Part shown: piece by piece, positions 38,991-52,184 of the stretch | How positions within the stretch are numbered: position 1 is the first letter of the stretch | Layout of the letters: the number at the start of each line of letters is the position of its first letter | NCBI GenBank assembly: GCA_001244265.2 | Contig: CDLV01000010.1 | Location: forward strand, 372,001 to 436,000 | Reading direction: 5' to 3' | Source: Microbotryum violaceum | Lineage: Eukaryota | DNA length: 64,000 nucleotides | Program-made: the position numbers and the translations under genes | Notes under the pieces: generated by a model | Database searches by the model: none | Told to the model about the DNA's origin: nothing | Seen by the model: the letters and a program-made list of their open reading frames with translations, nothing else

Positions 38991-41108
38991 ATGTCGGAAC
39001 GTAAAGGCCGTGGACGGGGTCGTCGCTCCGTCATCGATACGAGCGACTCTACTCCCGCCGCTACTGCATCACCCATCGCCTCGAGCTCGAAACAGCCCAA
39101 GATCGAAGATAACGATGAAGACGCAGTCATGTTCGAGGATCCACCCGAGGATGTCGAGATGCAAGCTGCCGAGGACGCAGGGGATCGGGTTCCTTCGACA
39201 GGAGCAGAAGCCTCCACCTCGTCGTCCAAGCGTATCAGTTCAACGACCACGTCCTCGACCACGCGAGCGAATCCGAGAGTCCGTCCTGTAGGTGGACTCC
39301 TGGGCGGTCAGAGTGAATACGTGCAGGATGCGTCGCGCTCGGTCACGCCCAAGTTGAAGTTCAAGCCCAAGAACACGAGGAAGAACAGGCCTGCCGTTTC
39401 GGATGATGAGGACGAGTCAGTCTACCGATCTTCATTGCGTCTATATGATAATGCAGGGGCGTTTGACTTTTTTCTTCCTCATTTTTCTACCTCGACAGCG
39501 AGGTCAAGATGGTAAGCTGATTCGAGGCCAATCAAATAGGAACGAGACAAGATTTCGTCTCCGTTCGGAGATGGCCTAGGTCACCTGTCTCGCGCCGAAT
39601 CAGCTTACTTACGCAGACGCTTTCGGTTACACTCGAACAGGAAGAATTTGACAATTCGAGGTCCCGAGGTCGTGGTCGTGGTCGTGGTCGAGGAGCGATG
39701 GCCCCTCGTCGCGAACTCGAGATGACCGCCAGTGGTCCGATGGCCCAAGGTCCTGGTGGAGCTCGTGAGTGATGTCGAGGCTATGAGATCTTGTCTCGCG
39801 AGGACGACTACTCAATTGCAGGAACAACACTCACAGCGAAAGCTTTCGGAAGCAAACGAACATTCGGAGCGGCGGGAGCAGGGGTGATGAACGCCTCTCG
39901 TGACGGAACCCAACTTTCGGGACGTAGGAACGACGCGACGGATGACGACGACGAAGATGACGTAGTCGAGGACGAGGACGATGGATCCCACAACGATGGA
40001 GGTCGTCAGAATGGTGGGATGCTTCCGAGCAGTCGCGAGCTCGACTCGATCGGTCGTGAGGATGAGATGGCGCCATTGACGCTGCCGAGGGATCCTCGCG
40101 TCGAAAAATTGGCCGCTGAACGTAGGAAGGAGCGTCAGCTCAGAAAGGCCAAGGCCGAACGTGAAGGTGCGTTCAGGGCCGTTGTGTTTCAGGCGAATTC
40201 AGGTCCAATAGATCAGAAGTTCTGAGGGCGGTGACTTGAGCACAGCCGAAATGGACGTCAAGGCCGAACCGGGAGACGATTCGCGAGCGTCGTCCATATA
40301 CCTCTCCTCTGCGACCGTAACACCGGGCTTAGAGACCGACTCCAAGGCCGATTCGAAGACGACCTTGCTCGAAGAGGAGAAGGAGGAGTCCAAGCCGATC
40401 AATCCCGAGGATACAAATCTGAGGCCCTTCTTTGATATCAAGGTGGGTTCGACCGAGGAGTCCGCGGGCGAAGAATTGAACCTGACCTGAAGTTGGTACC
40501 CGCGGTCCTTGCCACAGACAGGAGAACCGGACCAATTGCACATCATGCAATTCCCTCGCGTGTTCCCCAAATTCGTCCGGGCGGACGGAACTTCTCCACC
40601 GGAGAACAAGGACGATAAGTCGGACATTCAACCTCCCGAATGGGGTCGAGCCGGAACGCGCAAAGAGAAGGCGGCGAGGTACAGCAAGGAAGCGGGCAGG
40701 ATCGGCGAGATGCGTATCCACCGTAATGGCAAGGTCACATTCAAGATCAACAATGATCTCATTTACGAGGTGAGCTTCAGCATGCATTCTCAGACTTCAC
40801 GGTTCTGATCATCATACCCATTCTTTGCCTATCAGGTCCTCCCCGCGGCTCAACCGACTTTCCTCCAAGAGATCGCCATGATCGACCATCCCGACCTGAA
40901 CGACCCTCCCTCCCCTACCGACGCCGACCAACGCCCCATCCCAAGCGTCGTCATCCTCGGCCAAACTTACAACAAGTTCATCGCCGCGCCCGAAGCGAGT
41001 TATCTGTTGGGTCGTATCGCCGAACAGGAGCGGGAGGAGAAGGAGGCCGAAATGAAGCTCAAGGCGGTCAAGAGGGAGTCCAAGGCGCATCAAGACGCTC
41101 GAGAGTGA
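38991..41108 (+). CDS. RPC53: RNA polymerase III subunit Rpc4/Rpc53
   Basis: KLKFKPK, EMTASGPMAQG, and the C-terminal QLHIMQFPRVFP...GRIGEMRIHRNGKVTFKINNDLIYEV...PTFLQEI. Confidence 0.9.
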
Positions 41109-41271
41109 GGACTTTTGTGTGCGTTCCTACCGCTGCACTCGTTCATTTTCGTCGCACGCATTTTCTCCTTCTTTCTCTCTGGTGTTTTCTGTCCCCGCAC
41201 GAGTAATCTTGAAGGGGTTGCGATTGCAGATGTGGTGTACAGTAATTCTTACAGCGAGCCGAAAGCTGTGA

Positions 41272-42058
41272 TCAAAGATAGTAGGCTGCACGATCCGCTC
41301 CGACGCCGTAGTCCTTGAGAGCTGCCGAGAGATCGTCCATCGTAAGTACGGTCCGGGTTCGACCCTGAGAGTATGCAGGCTGGGGATGAGTATCCATCCG
41401 GTGGTCGAAGCTCGGAGAACGAGAACGCGAACGAACCTTGGCTTTGGACCCTGAGCTTTTGCTCGCCGCCGTCCTTGCCCTTGCGTACTGAAACGAATCG
41501 GCGGCAATCGAACTGACGAATCGTTGTGCAGCAAGTGCCAGTAATCGTTTGCTGTGAGGTCGACACCAAGCCATCTGTGAGCTCGGCAAGAAAAGCGCGC
41601 AGACCCTAGCCAACTCTGATCGAGACTCACACCCTCGGATCATCCGTCTCGAATCCGCTTTTTTGCAAAAAGTAATCAGTCACTTCGTCCGGTATGATGG
41701 GTTGCCACTCGTCCATCATCTCGAGCAGTTCGGCGAGCTGCACGTCACGTTGGTCTTGGGCTCGCTCTTTGGCTGTCTTGGGTTCTGGAGCGAATTCTTC
41801 AAAGGGCTCGGGTTGGGTTGCTGGTGGTGCTCCTATTGAGGGGGTTGTGTCGTTGGCATTTGAGAAAGGGGTGGGGTCGGAGGTAGAAGCGGATGTGGAT
41901 GCGAGTAGAGAAGGGTCGGCGTCCATGCCGAAAGGAGCCGAGGACGAGTCACCCGCACCGACACCGACACCGTTGACGTTCGTGGCTTGACTCGTACTGG
42001 ATTGGGACCAGTTGGACAATGAAGGAGTTGGTGTGGTGACAAAGGCCGAAGGGTTCAT
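41272..42058 (-). CDS. TAF10: TFIID/SAGA subunit Taf10
   Basis: [60 protein letters not shown]...RTVLTMDDLSAALKDYGV. Confidence 0.95.
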
Positions 42059-42708
42059 GGTGGGTGGACAAGTCACGCGTAGGAGAATGGGGTCGAGGTG
42101 CCCGGCCGATCGGGGTGCGTTGGTCGTAGTGTGTGTGACCTGTGGGGTGCGTGCTAGATGTGGACTGGGCGCGAAAGTGTGGAGTGCACGGAGGGAGATG
42201 TGGGTGGTGTCCGGTCCGGAAGCAAGCGAGCGTCGATGACGGCAAGCTGCGACGCGCCCCGGCCGAGTGAGTGGGAGTGGTCTCAGGAGGTTCGTGCGCA
42301 AACAATTCCCCATTACACCTCTGCGCTTTGGCAATTTCCATTTCGAGGTCGGTCCGCTCGAGTTTCGTAGTTGGCAGGCGGCGCGAGCTTCGCTTGTCTC
42401 TAGCTTCGGTTGTCTTGCTCCGTCGCCTGTCTACTCACCGTCTTCCCCCCCCCCCCCCAATCCCACACCAGGTCAGTACTTTCTTCTTGTTATCACGAGG
42501 CTTGTTGAATGGGAAGACCCAACACTCCTTGCGCTGTTGCTACGGGTGACGGGGCGTGGGTGAGGCTGCTGGGTCGCACGACTACCCTCGGCCCGCACGC
42601 GTCTTTTTTTCACCGGGGCCTCAGCCAACTCGCGGTCGCACTGCAGCTCGCATTGCATGTGCTGACCCGCCTTCGTTCCACACCACCACAGTCTACCCTA
42701 TCTCAACA

Positions 42709-43274
42709 ATGGCACCCGCTGCTTCCAAGAAGGTCAAGAAGTCGTCCTCGGACAACATCAACACGTGAGTCTTTCCTCCACCGCTGCCCTGGAGGCTGCC
42801 TCTGAGCCTGGCAGTTGCGCGCCGAGCTGTCCAACCGCCAGCGCCAGCCAACCCCGCGTGATCGAGTGCCGGTGACTGACCCACCACATCTACCCTCCTT
42901 CAGCCGTCTCGCCCTCGTCATCAAGTCGGGCAAGTACACCCTCGGTGTCAAGTCCACCCTCAAGGCCATGCGCGCCGGAAAGTGTGAGTAGTCAACATCA
43001 TCCACCCTGACATCTAGATCCAGACCACCCGTACTCACCCCCCCCCCTTACCTTTCCTCCCCACGCAGCCAAGCTCGTCTTGATCTCCGGTAACTGCCCC
43101 CCTCTCCGCCGCTCCGAGCTCGAGTACTACGCCATGCTCTCCAAGACGCCCGTGCATCTTTACGCTGGCAGCAACGTCGCGCTCGGCACCGCCGCCGGTA
43201 AACTCTTCCGCGTCGGCGTCATGTCGATCGAGTCCGCCGGTGACTCGGACCTCCTCTCCGTCACCAACGCTTGA
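42709..43274 (+). CDS. RPL30: 60S ribosomal protein eL30, with two coding introns and a probable 5'-UTR intron (42472-42691)
   Basis: [30 protein letters not shown]...[22 protein letters not shown]...[21 protein letters not shown]. Confidence 0.97.
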
Positions 43275-43929
43275 TCAACTCTTTGGAGCGTTGTTAACTA
43301 AAAATGGAGACGCATCTCCAACCCGCGACTCGACCTCCTCCCTCCCTTCACCACTTCTTCCACCGCCGACACCCCACTTTTACTCTCGATGGATACCCGC
43401 CCCCGGGACGAACCTCTTTCTTACCGGTTTCCGACTCGTACACTCTTTCGCACCATCAATCACCGGGATCTCACTCCTTTTCTTTTTGGTGTAGCCCCTA
43501 GTTATTGACGCGCAAGATCACACGGACCGGAACACCTCTTTCGAGAAAGTGGACCGCCCCCAATTTTCATCATCCACCTTGAACAACGTTCCGAGAAGGT
43601 CACCCTTTGGGTGGCTGGAGATCGTTGCTTCTTCCTTGTTTCTTCAGTACGTATCCTGGGCGCCTATTCGAGAGACTGAAAATTCGCAATGTCGATGTCG
43701 TTTGTTTGGCTTTCGTGGTCGGGAAATGCACTTTTCTTTTTTTTTGAGTTTTTCGGTTTTGGTACACTACAGGAATGACTCTGAATCGCAATGCATCCCA
43801 ATTGTCCTCATGCTCTTCTGTCCGAACCGCAGCAACTGAGAGACTCGGGAGTCTAGAATAAGAGATGAGATACGATCGTCCAATCCAAGAGTGACTATAA
43901 AAGCAGAGACTCGATCGAACTTCATCTAT

Positions 43930-45487
43930 TCAAAGCTTGAACAAAGTCTTGAGCTCGCGGATCGTATCGGCGGGGCTCTGTACGGCATGCCCGATCGTCC
44001 TCTTGTCCTCGTAAATCTCGTAGTCGTTGCCTCCTTTGTAGGTCTTGTCGCCAAAGAAGTGGATCTCCTTGAAGTTCTCCTTCTCGATGTGTTGCAGGGC
44101 GTAGGTCTTGTCCCAGCCATTGGGGCTGCGCAGAAGAGTGAAGAAGGACAAGATGAGCGACCGAGTTTCGGCGATTTCAAACACGAAGCTTTATGGCCGC
44201 TTCAAGGCGTACACCGCTTCAAGGCGTACAATACATCGAAAGAGATCTGTCCGCCGATCGAGTAGGTCAAACCGTAGTCGGCGAACTCCTTCTTGAGCGC
44301 CTCGACGAAAGTCGCGCGGACCTTGGACTCCTGTACTCGATTCCACAGAGCCGAAAAACGCGGATACCATTAGTATGGTATCGTAGCTACGCTACGAATA
44401 AAGTCTTATGGCTGACCTTGTCGTACTTCTCGAACTCGTCACGCTCCTGGACGCTGTGGAGGGCAAAGAACAGTGCATGAGATTGACTGGCGCTCTGAGT
44501 ATGAGTACGGGAAAGAGCAAGTCGTACGAAGCATTACGGCCGATGGGAGAGACGCTGTGTGCGGAGGTCGAGAGATACAGTCAGCAAAGAGGCTCTTGAC
44601 AAGAACAGTCAATCAGAAGGGACTGACTTGATCATGCCGTTGCGAAATTCGATGAACGTTCCTCTGCATGTGAAAGAGCAAATTCGTCAGCGCATTGATC
44701 ATCTCATTCAATCGCAAGCGCCCCCCCCCCTTTTTTTAATCACAACTGACCGCTTGATGGGGATATCGAGGTCGGCGATGTAGTGCAGGATGAACCTGAC
44801 CATCTTCTTGTACTTTTCCTCGCCGATGAACTTGATGAACGAAGCCGAGTCGAGCTCTTGGCCGAGCTTGATCGCGGTCAGGCCGTTCTCGGCGAAGCAA
44901 AAGTCAAAGTCGTCGGTGACTGTTCGGAGATTGGAAACAGGTGTCATTGAACGGAACGTGGCTCGGAAACACGAGCGTCGCAGCGAGGCTTAGCCCGACC
45001 TTTAGACGGGTCGACCGCCCTCGCAGGTAGCTGCTGTCCGGGATGATCCTCTCCGGGAATGAACGGGTTCCGAACTTACTGTTCTGGCCATGAACAGCCA
45101 GCTGCTCGGTGATCTTGGGGAGATCCGAACCTCCGACGAAGCCGATGACTGCTTTTGCTCGGACCTGCTTGAGCACTTCGAGGATCTCGGGCGAGGCCGT
45201 CTGCGCGAGATGGAGGGTTTTGGAGATCAGTTCGTCGGTTGGAGGAGGAGACGATGGGGATGGATGTGCTTACTCGTCGAGCAGGGGTCAAAGTACCGTC
45301 GACGTCTGTTAGAGAAAAGGAGGCACCAGAAAAGAGAGCGCGCGAGTGAGGAAGATCAGTTGGTCAGAGTCACTGAACTAGCGACTGCGCGACGCGATGC
45401 CCGGTGAAGCAGAGGCAGAGGACACATACCGAACAGGCACACGACATCACCTTGGGGGCGTTCGCTGAAGGGGGTGACGGGGGACAT
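43930..45487 (-). CDS. SEC53: Phosphomannomutase (HAD family IIB), multi-exon
   Basis: [55 protein letters not shown] and GWDKTY...[15 protein letters not shown]. Confidence 0.96.
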
Positions 45488-46260
45488 GTTCAGGTGGTGG
45501 GTCGTTTGCTTGCCAGAGGGCAGAGAGCGTGAGGGGGAGCGAGGGAGAGAAAGCGAAAGGGGCGCCAGCTGGACGCGTGCGAACTTGAGCTCGCTCGACG
45601 TGGCGGCGCGTCTGCCGACGCGGCGCGCGCGATCGCGTGGCAGCAGAGTCAATTCATCCGGTCGCCGCGGGAGAGGCTTTGGAAGCACGTTCAACCGAGC
45701 TTAAGATTGACCAGCTTCAACACCGATGAGGGTGCAGGCATTTTTTTGTTTTATCACTGAGTAAAGTAGTGGAAATTTGATTGGGCAACCGGCGGTAGGC
45801 ATTGCCATCACGATGGAAAAAGCTCCGCAAAGCAGCCGGCTCAGGCTGGCTCTTGCGTCGATCGGTCTTACTCATATCCACCCCTTTTCCGTTTGTCATC
45901 GTCCCCGGCCTCCCCTCTCCTTTCGATTCCGCGGTCATGAGGTGTCACTCTCAAGAACCAGAGCAGAGCGAGAATTGTTGGGCATCGTGAGGCTTACAAA
46001 TCGAAACCGTACAAACAAGTGTCTATGGCAGCAGGCCGGGCCCTAAGAAGCGTTCTGCAATGGAAAGCGCCCGCGCGTGTAGTTCTGACCCGAGGTCGCG
46101 CCCGTGTAGTCCTACCCAGAGGTCTTCTTCCCTCTATCAGCGAACCGAAAGAGCTTTGAAAATCAAGGAGCAGTAACCAGCAATGAATAGTATTTTTCAC
46201 ATAGTCCGCCATAGTACGGCCCATACCCCGTCCGTCTTCTGCATGGCAAGTCACACTAAA

Positions 46261-46772
46261 TCATAGGTTGAACAAGTTTTTGAGTTCCCTGATCGTATCC
46301 GCGAGACTCTCGACCGAATGCCCGATCGTTCTCGGATCCGTGTAGATCTCGTAATCGTTCCCACCCTTGTAAGTCTTGTCGCCGAAGAAGTGGATCTCGC
46401 GGAAATTGTCCGCTTCGATGTGACGCAAGGCATAGGTCTTGTTCCAGCCGTCGGGGCTGCGGCCAGAAAAATGATTTACCCGTCAGGTCTTGTCTGGTTC
46501 GAGCACGCTCACGATTTGGGGAAGAGAGACAACGCACAAGACATCGAAGGAGATCTGGTCACCGATCGAGTACGTCAAGCCATAGTCGGCGAACTCCTTC
46601 TTGAGCGCTTCGATGAACGTCGCGCGGACTTTAGCCTCCTGTGCACGACGGAAACGCAGGTTACCCAGGTCGGGTCGGTTAAAGTTTGCGAGTGAAAAAG
46701 CTGCTCGTGACGTATGTCTGAGCTTACCATGTCATATTTCTCAAAGTTGTTGCGCTCTAGATGGTCGGTACC
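46261..46772 (-). pseudogene. Diverged 3' half of a second phosphomannomutase gene (3 exons)
   Basis: [58 protein letters not shown]...[26 protein letters not shown]...LFNL*. No N-terminal DxDGT half, because ERG7 lies immediately upstream. Confidence 0.85.
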
Positions 46773-46794
46773 CTGAATTGAGATCCTCGATTCT

Positions 46795-49700
46795 TTACCA
46801 CCCCTCTTTCCCCAAGTACTTCCAAGCCTGTCCAAGAGCGTTGATGGTCCAAGCGAATTTCTACTCGTCAAAGAACGACGTCAAGTCAGCCCCATACCGG
46901 TGCATCAATTGAAGTACACGAGAGATGACATACGTAGTTCGGATAACTGATCGCTGCGTTCTTATTGAAAACTGTGAGCGGGGTGGCGAAGCTCGCAATT
47001 AGCGCGGATACAAACCGATTACTGATCGGAGTATCTCTCCGGGGCTCTGGGCTCACCTCCTTCGATCGCCTCTTGAGGCCATTCGCCCGAAGGCAATTGT
47101 CTCGACATGATGAGACGACATCCTCGGCGGATGGGTTTGGTATCGGGGTATTGCGCTGTAATAAGGCCGATCACAGCTGTGAAGAAGTCGATCTTCCAGG
47201 GATCAGCTCCTGTCATCGCCCGTTGGACTGGTGAGTTCGACTCACCCCAAGCGGTTTGCGTCACTTGCGACTGCGCATGCTGGACGTATTGCTCCGTCTC
47301 GCAGGACTAAGAGGAGCAAAGAGAAGCGAAGAGAAGGCAGAATGAGCTATACTAAACCGCTCTGGCGACCGCAGGGGTGCAATCTTACCTTGTAGCTCTC
47401 GCCCCACCCTCCGTCCTCCATCTGTTTCGACAACAAGAACTCACACGCTCTCTTGACGCTCTCCGAGTTATCAAAATGTTCCCCAGCCAAAGAGAGGGAC
47501 TCGATGGCGAACATCCCGGCGTAAGTGAAGCACTGGTAAGGCCGAGCTCCATCGCGTCAGTCTCTTTTTGACCTCCCGATTCGGTGTAGCACCGGCTTAC
47601 GATCGCCCAAGAACCGTACCAACTCCCGTCGGGGCGTTGCTTCTTGTGGATGTACTCGATCGCTCGCTTCGAGACACGGTCGATATCATCTGCTCGATAG
47701 TCGGGGTGTTTTCGCTTAAAGATTGTGAGAGCCGTCACACCTAAGTCATCGCCGAGCGTTCGTCAGCAACTGCTTCATCTGCACCACCTAAGAAAAGGGC
47801 TTACAAGCCGTGGTACATTCGGGGTATGAGTACTCGGTCATAATATTCCCAAACACCTCCGCAGGGTTGAGCCACTCAAGCCAGTGCGGACCCCTGATCA
47901 GTTCGTATGACGCAAAACCCCCATCGGCATTCTGCATCGTCAGAATCGTATCGATCGCATCGCACAACCGTCTTTTCGAAACGCGTTCCTTGACCCCGGG
48001 TAGACCTTGCAGCATTATAACGGTCTTCAACCCTTCGGCAGTACAGTCCGATACGGTGTAGCCTTGTTCTTTGGTAGAGAAAGGCCAGGCTCCCATTGTG
48101 CGATGTCGATACGCTTTCTCGAAATGGGGTGGGTTCTCGCGGATTTGGGAATGGTCGAGCCAGTCGAGCATTTTTTCGAGACTCTTTTTGTTCGAGGGTT
48201 CGAGGGCGAGATTACTTTCGACGAGTGCTTGGCCGATGAAGGACGTGTCCCACAGTTGAGAGCCGTTTGTCCCTGCGGCAGCGACCCATGGAAAAGGTGA
48301 GTGTCAACTGGTCTGGAAGGTTACACCATGATTCAAGTGGGTAGACTTACCCGACATCAGCATGCCCTGACTCGAAACCCACATAAAGTCACGAATGCAA
48401 GATAGATGAGCCTTGAAGGCATCACTGTCCGGACCCTCCTCGAGCCATCGACAAATCATGTGCATCGCCTTCGATACCGGCCCCACGGATTGATAACTCG
48501 TATTGTCGTCCTCCATCTTGATGAGCTCGTACGCACGTGCGAGTCCTCGATTGCGAATGAAGGCAGGAGCGAACCGATCGTACACGTTGAGGATAGCAAA
48601 GAGACCGTTAGCCACGGCCGAATGAGGAGCGTATAGATCGATGGGGCAGACGTTGTTGCGGCATGAACTCCACTTGATTGATTCGTACGGCTCGACGTAA
48701 ATCTCTTGTCGCAGGGAGAGGATAAGAGGGTCGAGATCGGCTTGGAAGTATCGACCGTTGAGGTAGCCCATGGGGATGTAGACGTTGCGGGTGTGGATCC
48801 ACCAGCGGTAAGGGTGGATGGGTAGGAATTCGGGCAGCAGCCATAGCTCGGTGGGGGTAGGGTTCAGTCCGGACCACGAGTGAACGTTGAGGATTGCCAG
48901 CCAGAATTTGCCCCATCTTTGAAATACTCCGAGTCAGCAGAGATGTACGATAAAGAGCTTTGTAACCGCCGAGACTTACGATGGGATCCCAGTGCAGCCA
49001 CCTGTGACCGCAAGGTTTGATCAGCGACCAGATTGACACGGCGACAACGGCGAGCTGCAAACGACGGACCTAGATGATGCAATGTCGCTCTTGCCCTGAT
49101 CATCATGGGCTCTTCGGCATCGACACCGAGCAAACGCAGGGTAACATAGTTGAGACCTGTCCCGAAGACGCTTGACTGCGCTTCGATGTGTCTGCGGTGT
49201 GGGGAAGGAGGCGGGGTCAAAATCTGCCCCTAGCTCGGCGATTTGGATCTGTCTTTATGAGCTTACATCCCCCAGCCCTCGTCCCCTGGTCCATTCGTCC
49301 GTTGAACATTGGAAAGATATCTGGGAGTGAAGCACAGCGCAGGATGAGTCCTGTGTGAACCGAAGACTACGATGACGGAGCCATTTTGCTCACCTGGCGA
49401 TCTCGATTTTCCATTCCTCGGGTATGGGGGTCTTGGTGACATACATGGCGATGACAATACCGGGTAGGAGGAACAGGGGACCTATTTGGGCAATAGCGAG
49501 AAGTGAGTGCCAGTGCGGAAAGCCAAGCGAGCGGATACGTGCGACCAACTGACCGCCGTACTGCAAGCGCCCCGCCACATACGGACACGTGGAATCGATC
49601 CGAAGGTCAGCCAACGAGGAGACCGCCAACGAAGGAACGACACGTACCTCTCCACTCCAATGGCCATCGCTAGCCTGAATGCGCTTGTAAAACTCGAAGC

Positions 49701-49992
49701 CATTCTGTGCAGCCTTGTAAGGGTTGCCCCTGGGCTGCTCGAGTGGTGGCTGAGGTGCGGGCACGTCCAGCTCGAGCCAGTACTTTGTCTCGTCGTTCTG
49801 CTCGGCCGCGAGTTGCTCGGTCGGTCGTGGACCCCACACGGCCTCGTAGACAGCACTACTACGCGAGTCTTGAGGTCGATCGTAATGCCATACGTGGCGG
49901 TCTTGGGAGCTGTCCAAGCGCCATCGAGATGGGTCCGTGGCACCGAGTGGGCCCGCTCGAGGTCGCTCCGTCTTGGCGCGATCAGTTGCCAT
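46795..49992 (-). CDS. ERG7: Lanosterol synthase (oxidosqualene cyclase), many exons
   Basis: [38 protein letters not shown] catalytic motif, QW repeats ([25 protein letters not shown]), and end [19 protein letters not shown]. Confidence 0.96.
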
Positions 49993-50326
49993 TGTTCAGG
50001 GGGTGAGGGGCGGAAAGGGGGAAGGGGAAAGAGACGAGAGCGCATATGTGGAGCCAAGGCGACCGGGTGCGCGACCCTTTCAACTTGAACTCGGCGCGAC
50101 TATAGCTGGCTCTTACGTGGTCTTACTAGCTCTTACCCGCGGCGCGTATTTGGCAAGTTCCTCCCGGCGCGCGTCGAATTCGCCGTTTCGCCGTGCTCGG
50201 GCTCGGGCTCTGCGGAACTCTTCCGGACTGACTTGTCCACATCAAGCGACCCGCATCCGCAGAACTAGTCATCGCTGCCAACCTCTTGATTCCAAACGCG
50301 TGGTTCCAGCTCACAATTGGCCCAGC

Positions 50327-52105
50327 ATGGCACGCGACGAGATGCTCGTGATCCTCGACGTGTCGACGACCGTCATACGCGCGGGAGTGGGAGTACACGA
50401 GATCATCAGGGCGCCCACGGCGGTCAGTTGGTCGATAGAGTTCATATGCTGCTCTCTTGATCTCGTCATGTGCTGAGCACGCTTTTTCGCGGGTCTCACG
50501 CTACAGGAGGTCTCGACCCGTGTCGGCAAGCGGCCTAGCAACACCACCGCCTCCAATGGCTCCACCCCGACACCCCAACTCAACGACTACCTCGTGGGGA
50601 ATGCACTGCTTCAAGCTGAGCGATCGGGAGAATCGCTCGAGATCGTCCGCCCCTTTCAGAACGGGCCGAGGGGTTTCCAGGTCGTCGACTGGCTCGCCAC
50701 AGAAGCCCTGTTGTGCGTGCGCTGTCACTCCAGTACTTTGAAATGTACAATACTCATCGTTCGCCCCTTTTCTACAACAGCCGCTACATCTTCCACACCG
50801 TGCTCGCCCTGGTCCGACCACCATTGGCACACCCGTGTCTGCTCTCGATCCCGCCCCACCTCAACCCCGTCGTCGTCGACCACTTCCACGCCCTCCTCTT
50901 TGAGCGTCTTCTCATCCCGCAACTCCTCGTCGCCACCCGCCCCTTCTTCGCCGCCGCAGCAGCCGGCGTTCTCTCCGCCGCGATCGTCGACATTGGCGCT
51001 CGAGGCGACGGGCTCGACATCTCGATCGTGCACGAGAGTCAAGTCGTCGAAGCCGCGACCTTGTCCCTCCCTCTCGACGAAGGCGTCTTGGACGATTGGG
51101 CTTGCCTGTTGCTCTTGCAGGAGGACCCCACCTTGCCGAGCCAGATCGTGCCCGCTGATCAGCGCGGGAATGCAGGCGCTCTTGTCCAGGCCCTCAGGCG
51201 CATCGTCGAGCTGCTCAAGGCCAAGAACGTGATTGGGTTTGCCCCCACCGCGATTGGCAATGCTAGCTCAACCGCCGTTGAGGAGAACGAGGGCGATTTC
51301 GACGTTGCCAAGGCCATCGTCGAAGGTAAAGTCGACAAGATTGTCGGCAAGAAGAAGGCGAACGCGCAGGACGAAGAAGCGATTGGCGATGTCATCGAAC
51401 TGCCGAGCCCTTTGGATGCGCAAAAGACGATCAAGGTTGGCCCTGCACGGAGAAGGTACTTCGATCCCCTCTTTGCCCCGCAGTTGCTCCAGCAGTTGAG
51501 ACCGTCGGCTTCACCGGAGGCGGCCTTGCTCACTTTGACCGAATACGAAGGGAGGGAAGTGCTGCATACGGGGATACAGGAGGCGATCGGACTTGTGATT
51601 AATCAGGTCGAGGATGTCGAGCAACGACGACTGATATGGGAGTCCATCGTCATCGTCTCGGTTGGGAAGCTCGCGACGAATAAGAGTAAGCTTTGATACA
51701 TTCCGCCATTTCATCGAGAGCAGATCAACTGATCCACTTCCTGCCCAATTTCCTGCAGCCCTCGGTGCTGCATTGATACCCCAACTCGAACCTTACGTTA
51801 TCGATCCTGACTCGGGTTCAGAATCGCAACCCAAGATCGTTAAGTATGCGCGCACGCCCGATTACTTCTCAGAGTTTAAGGAACGGTCCGGCGAATTGGC
51901 CGTTTACCTCGGCGGTTGCATCATGGCCAAAATCCTGATCTCGGATCTTCAGTCGCGCTTGTTCATGGTCAGTGCTACCCTTACCCAGTTTTTGCATGGG
52001 TCGCTTTGACTGACAGTCTACATCATGGCATACCTCAAACAGTCCAAAGTGGATTACACCAACAAGGGTCCGGCGTTCTACCGTCAGCTCGAAAAGACCA
52101 TGTGA
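50327..52105 (+). CDS. Divergent actin-related protein (Arp9-like, chromatin remodeller subunit)
   Basis: LVILDVSTTVIRAGVG, VVDWLATEALL, AAAAAGVLSAAIVDIG, RTPDYFSEFKE, YLGGCIMAK and SKVDYTNKGP fit a degenerate actin fold. The Arp9 assignment is inference. Confidence 0.8.
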
Positions 52106-52184
52106 AACAGCTAGACTCGAGGGGGAATTGTAATTGTAGGAAGGACATGTTGGAACACGAAACTTCGTAAAAATACCAATTGGC

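Noticed and set aside
43930..49992. Secondary-metabolite (triterpene) cluster around the oxidosqualene cyclase
   Set aside because: Neighbours are housekeeping genes with no P450 or transferase tailoring enzymes. The cyclase looks like ordinary ERG7.
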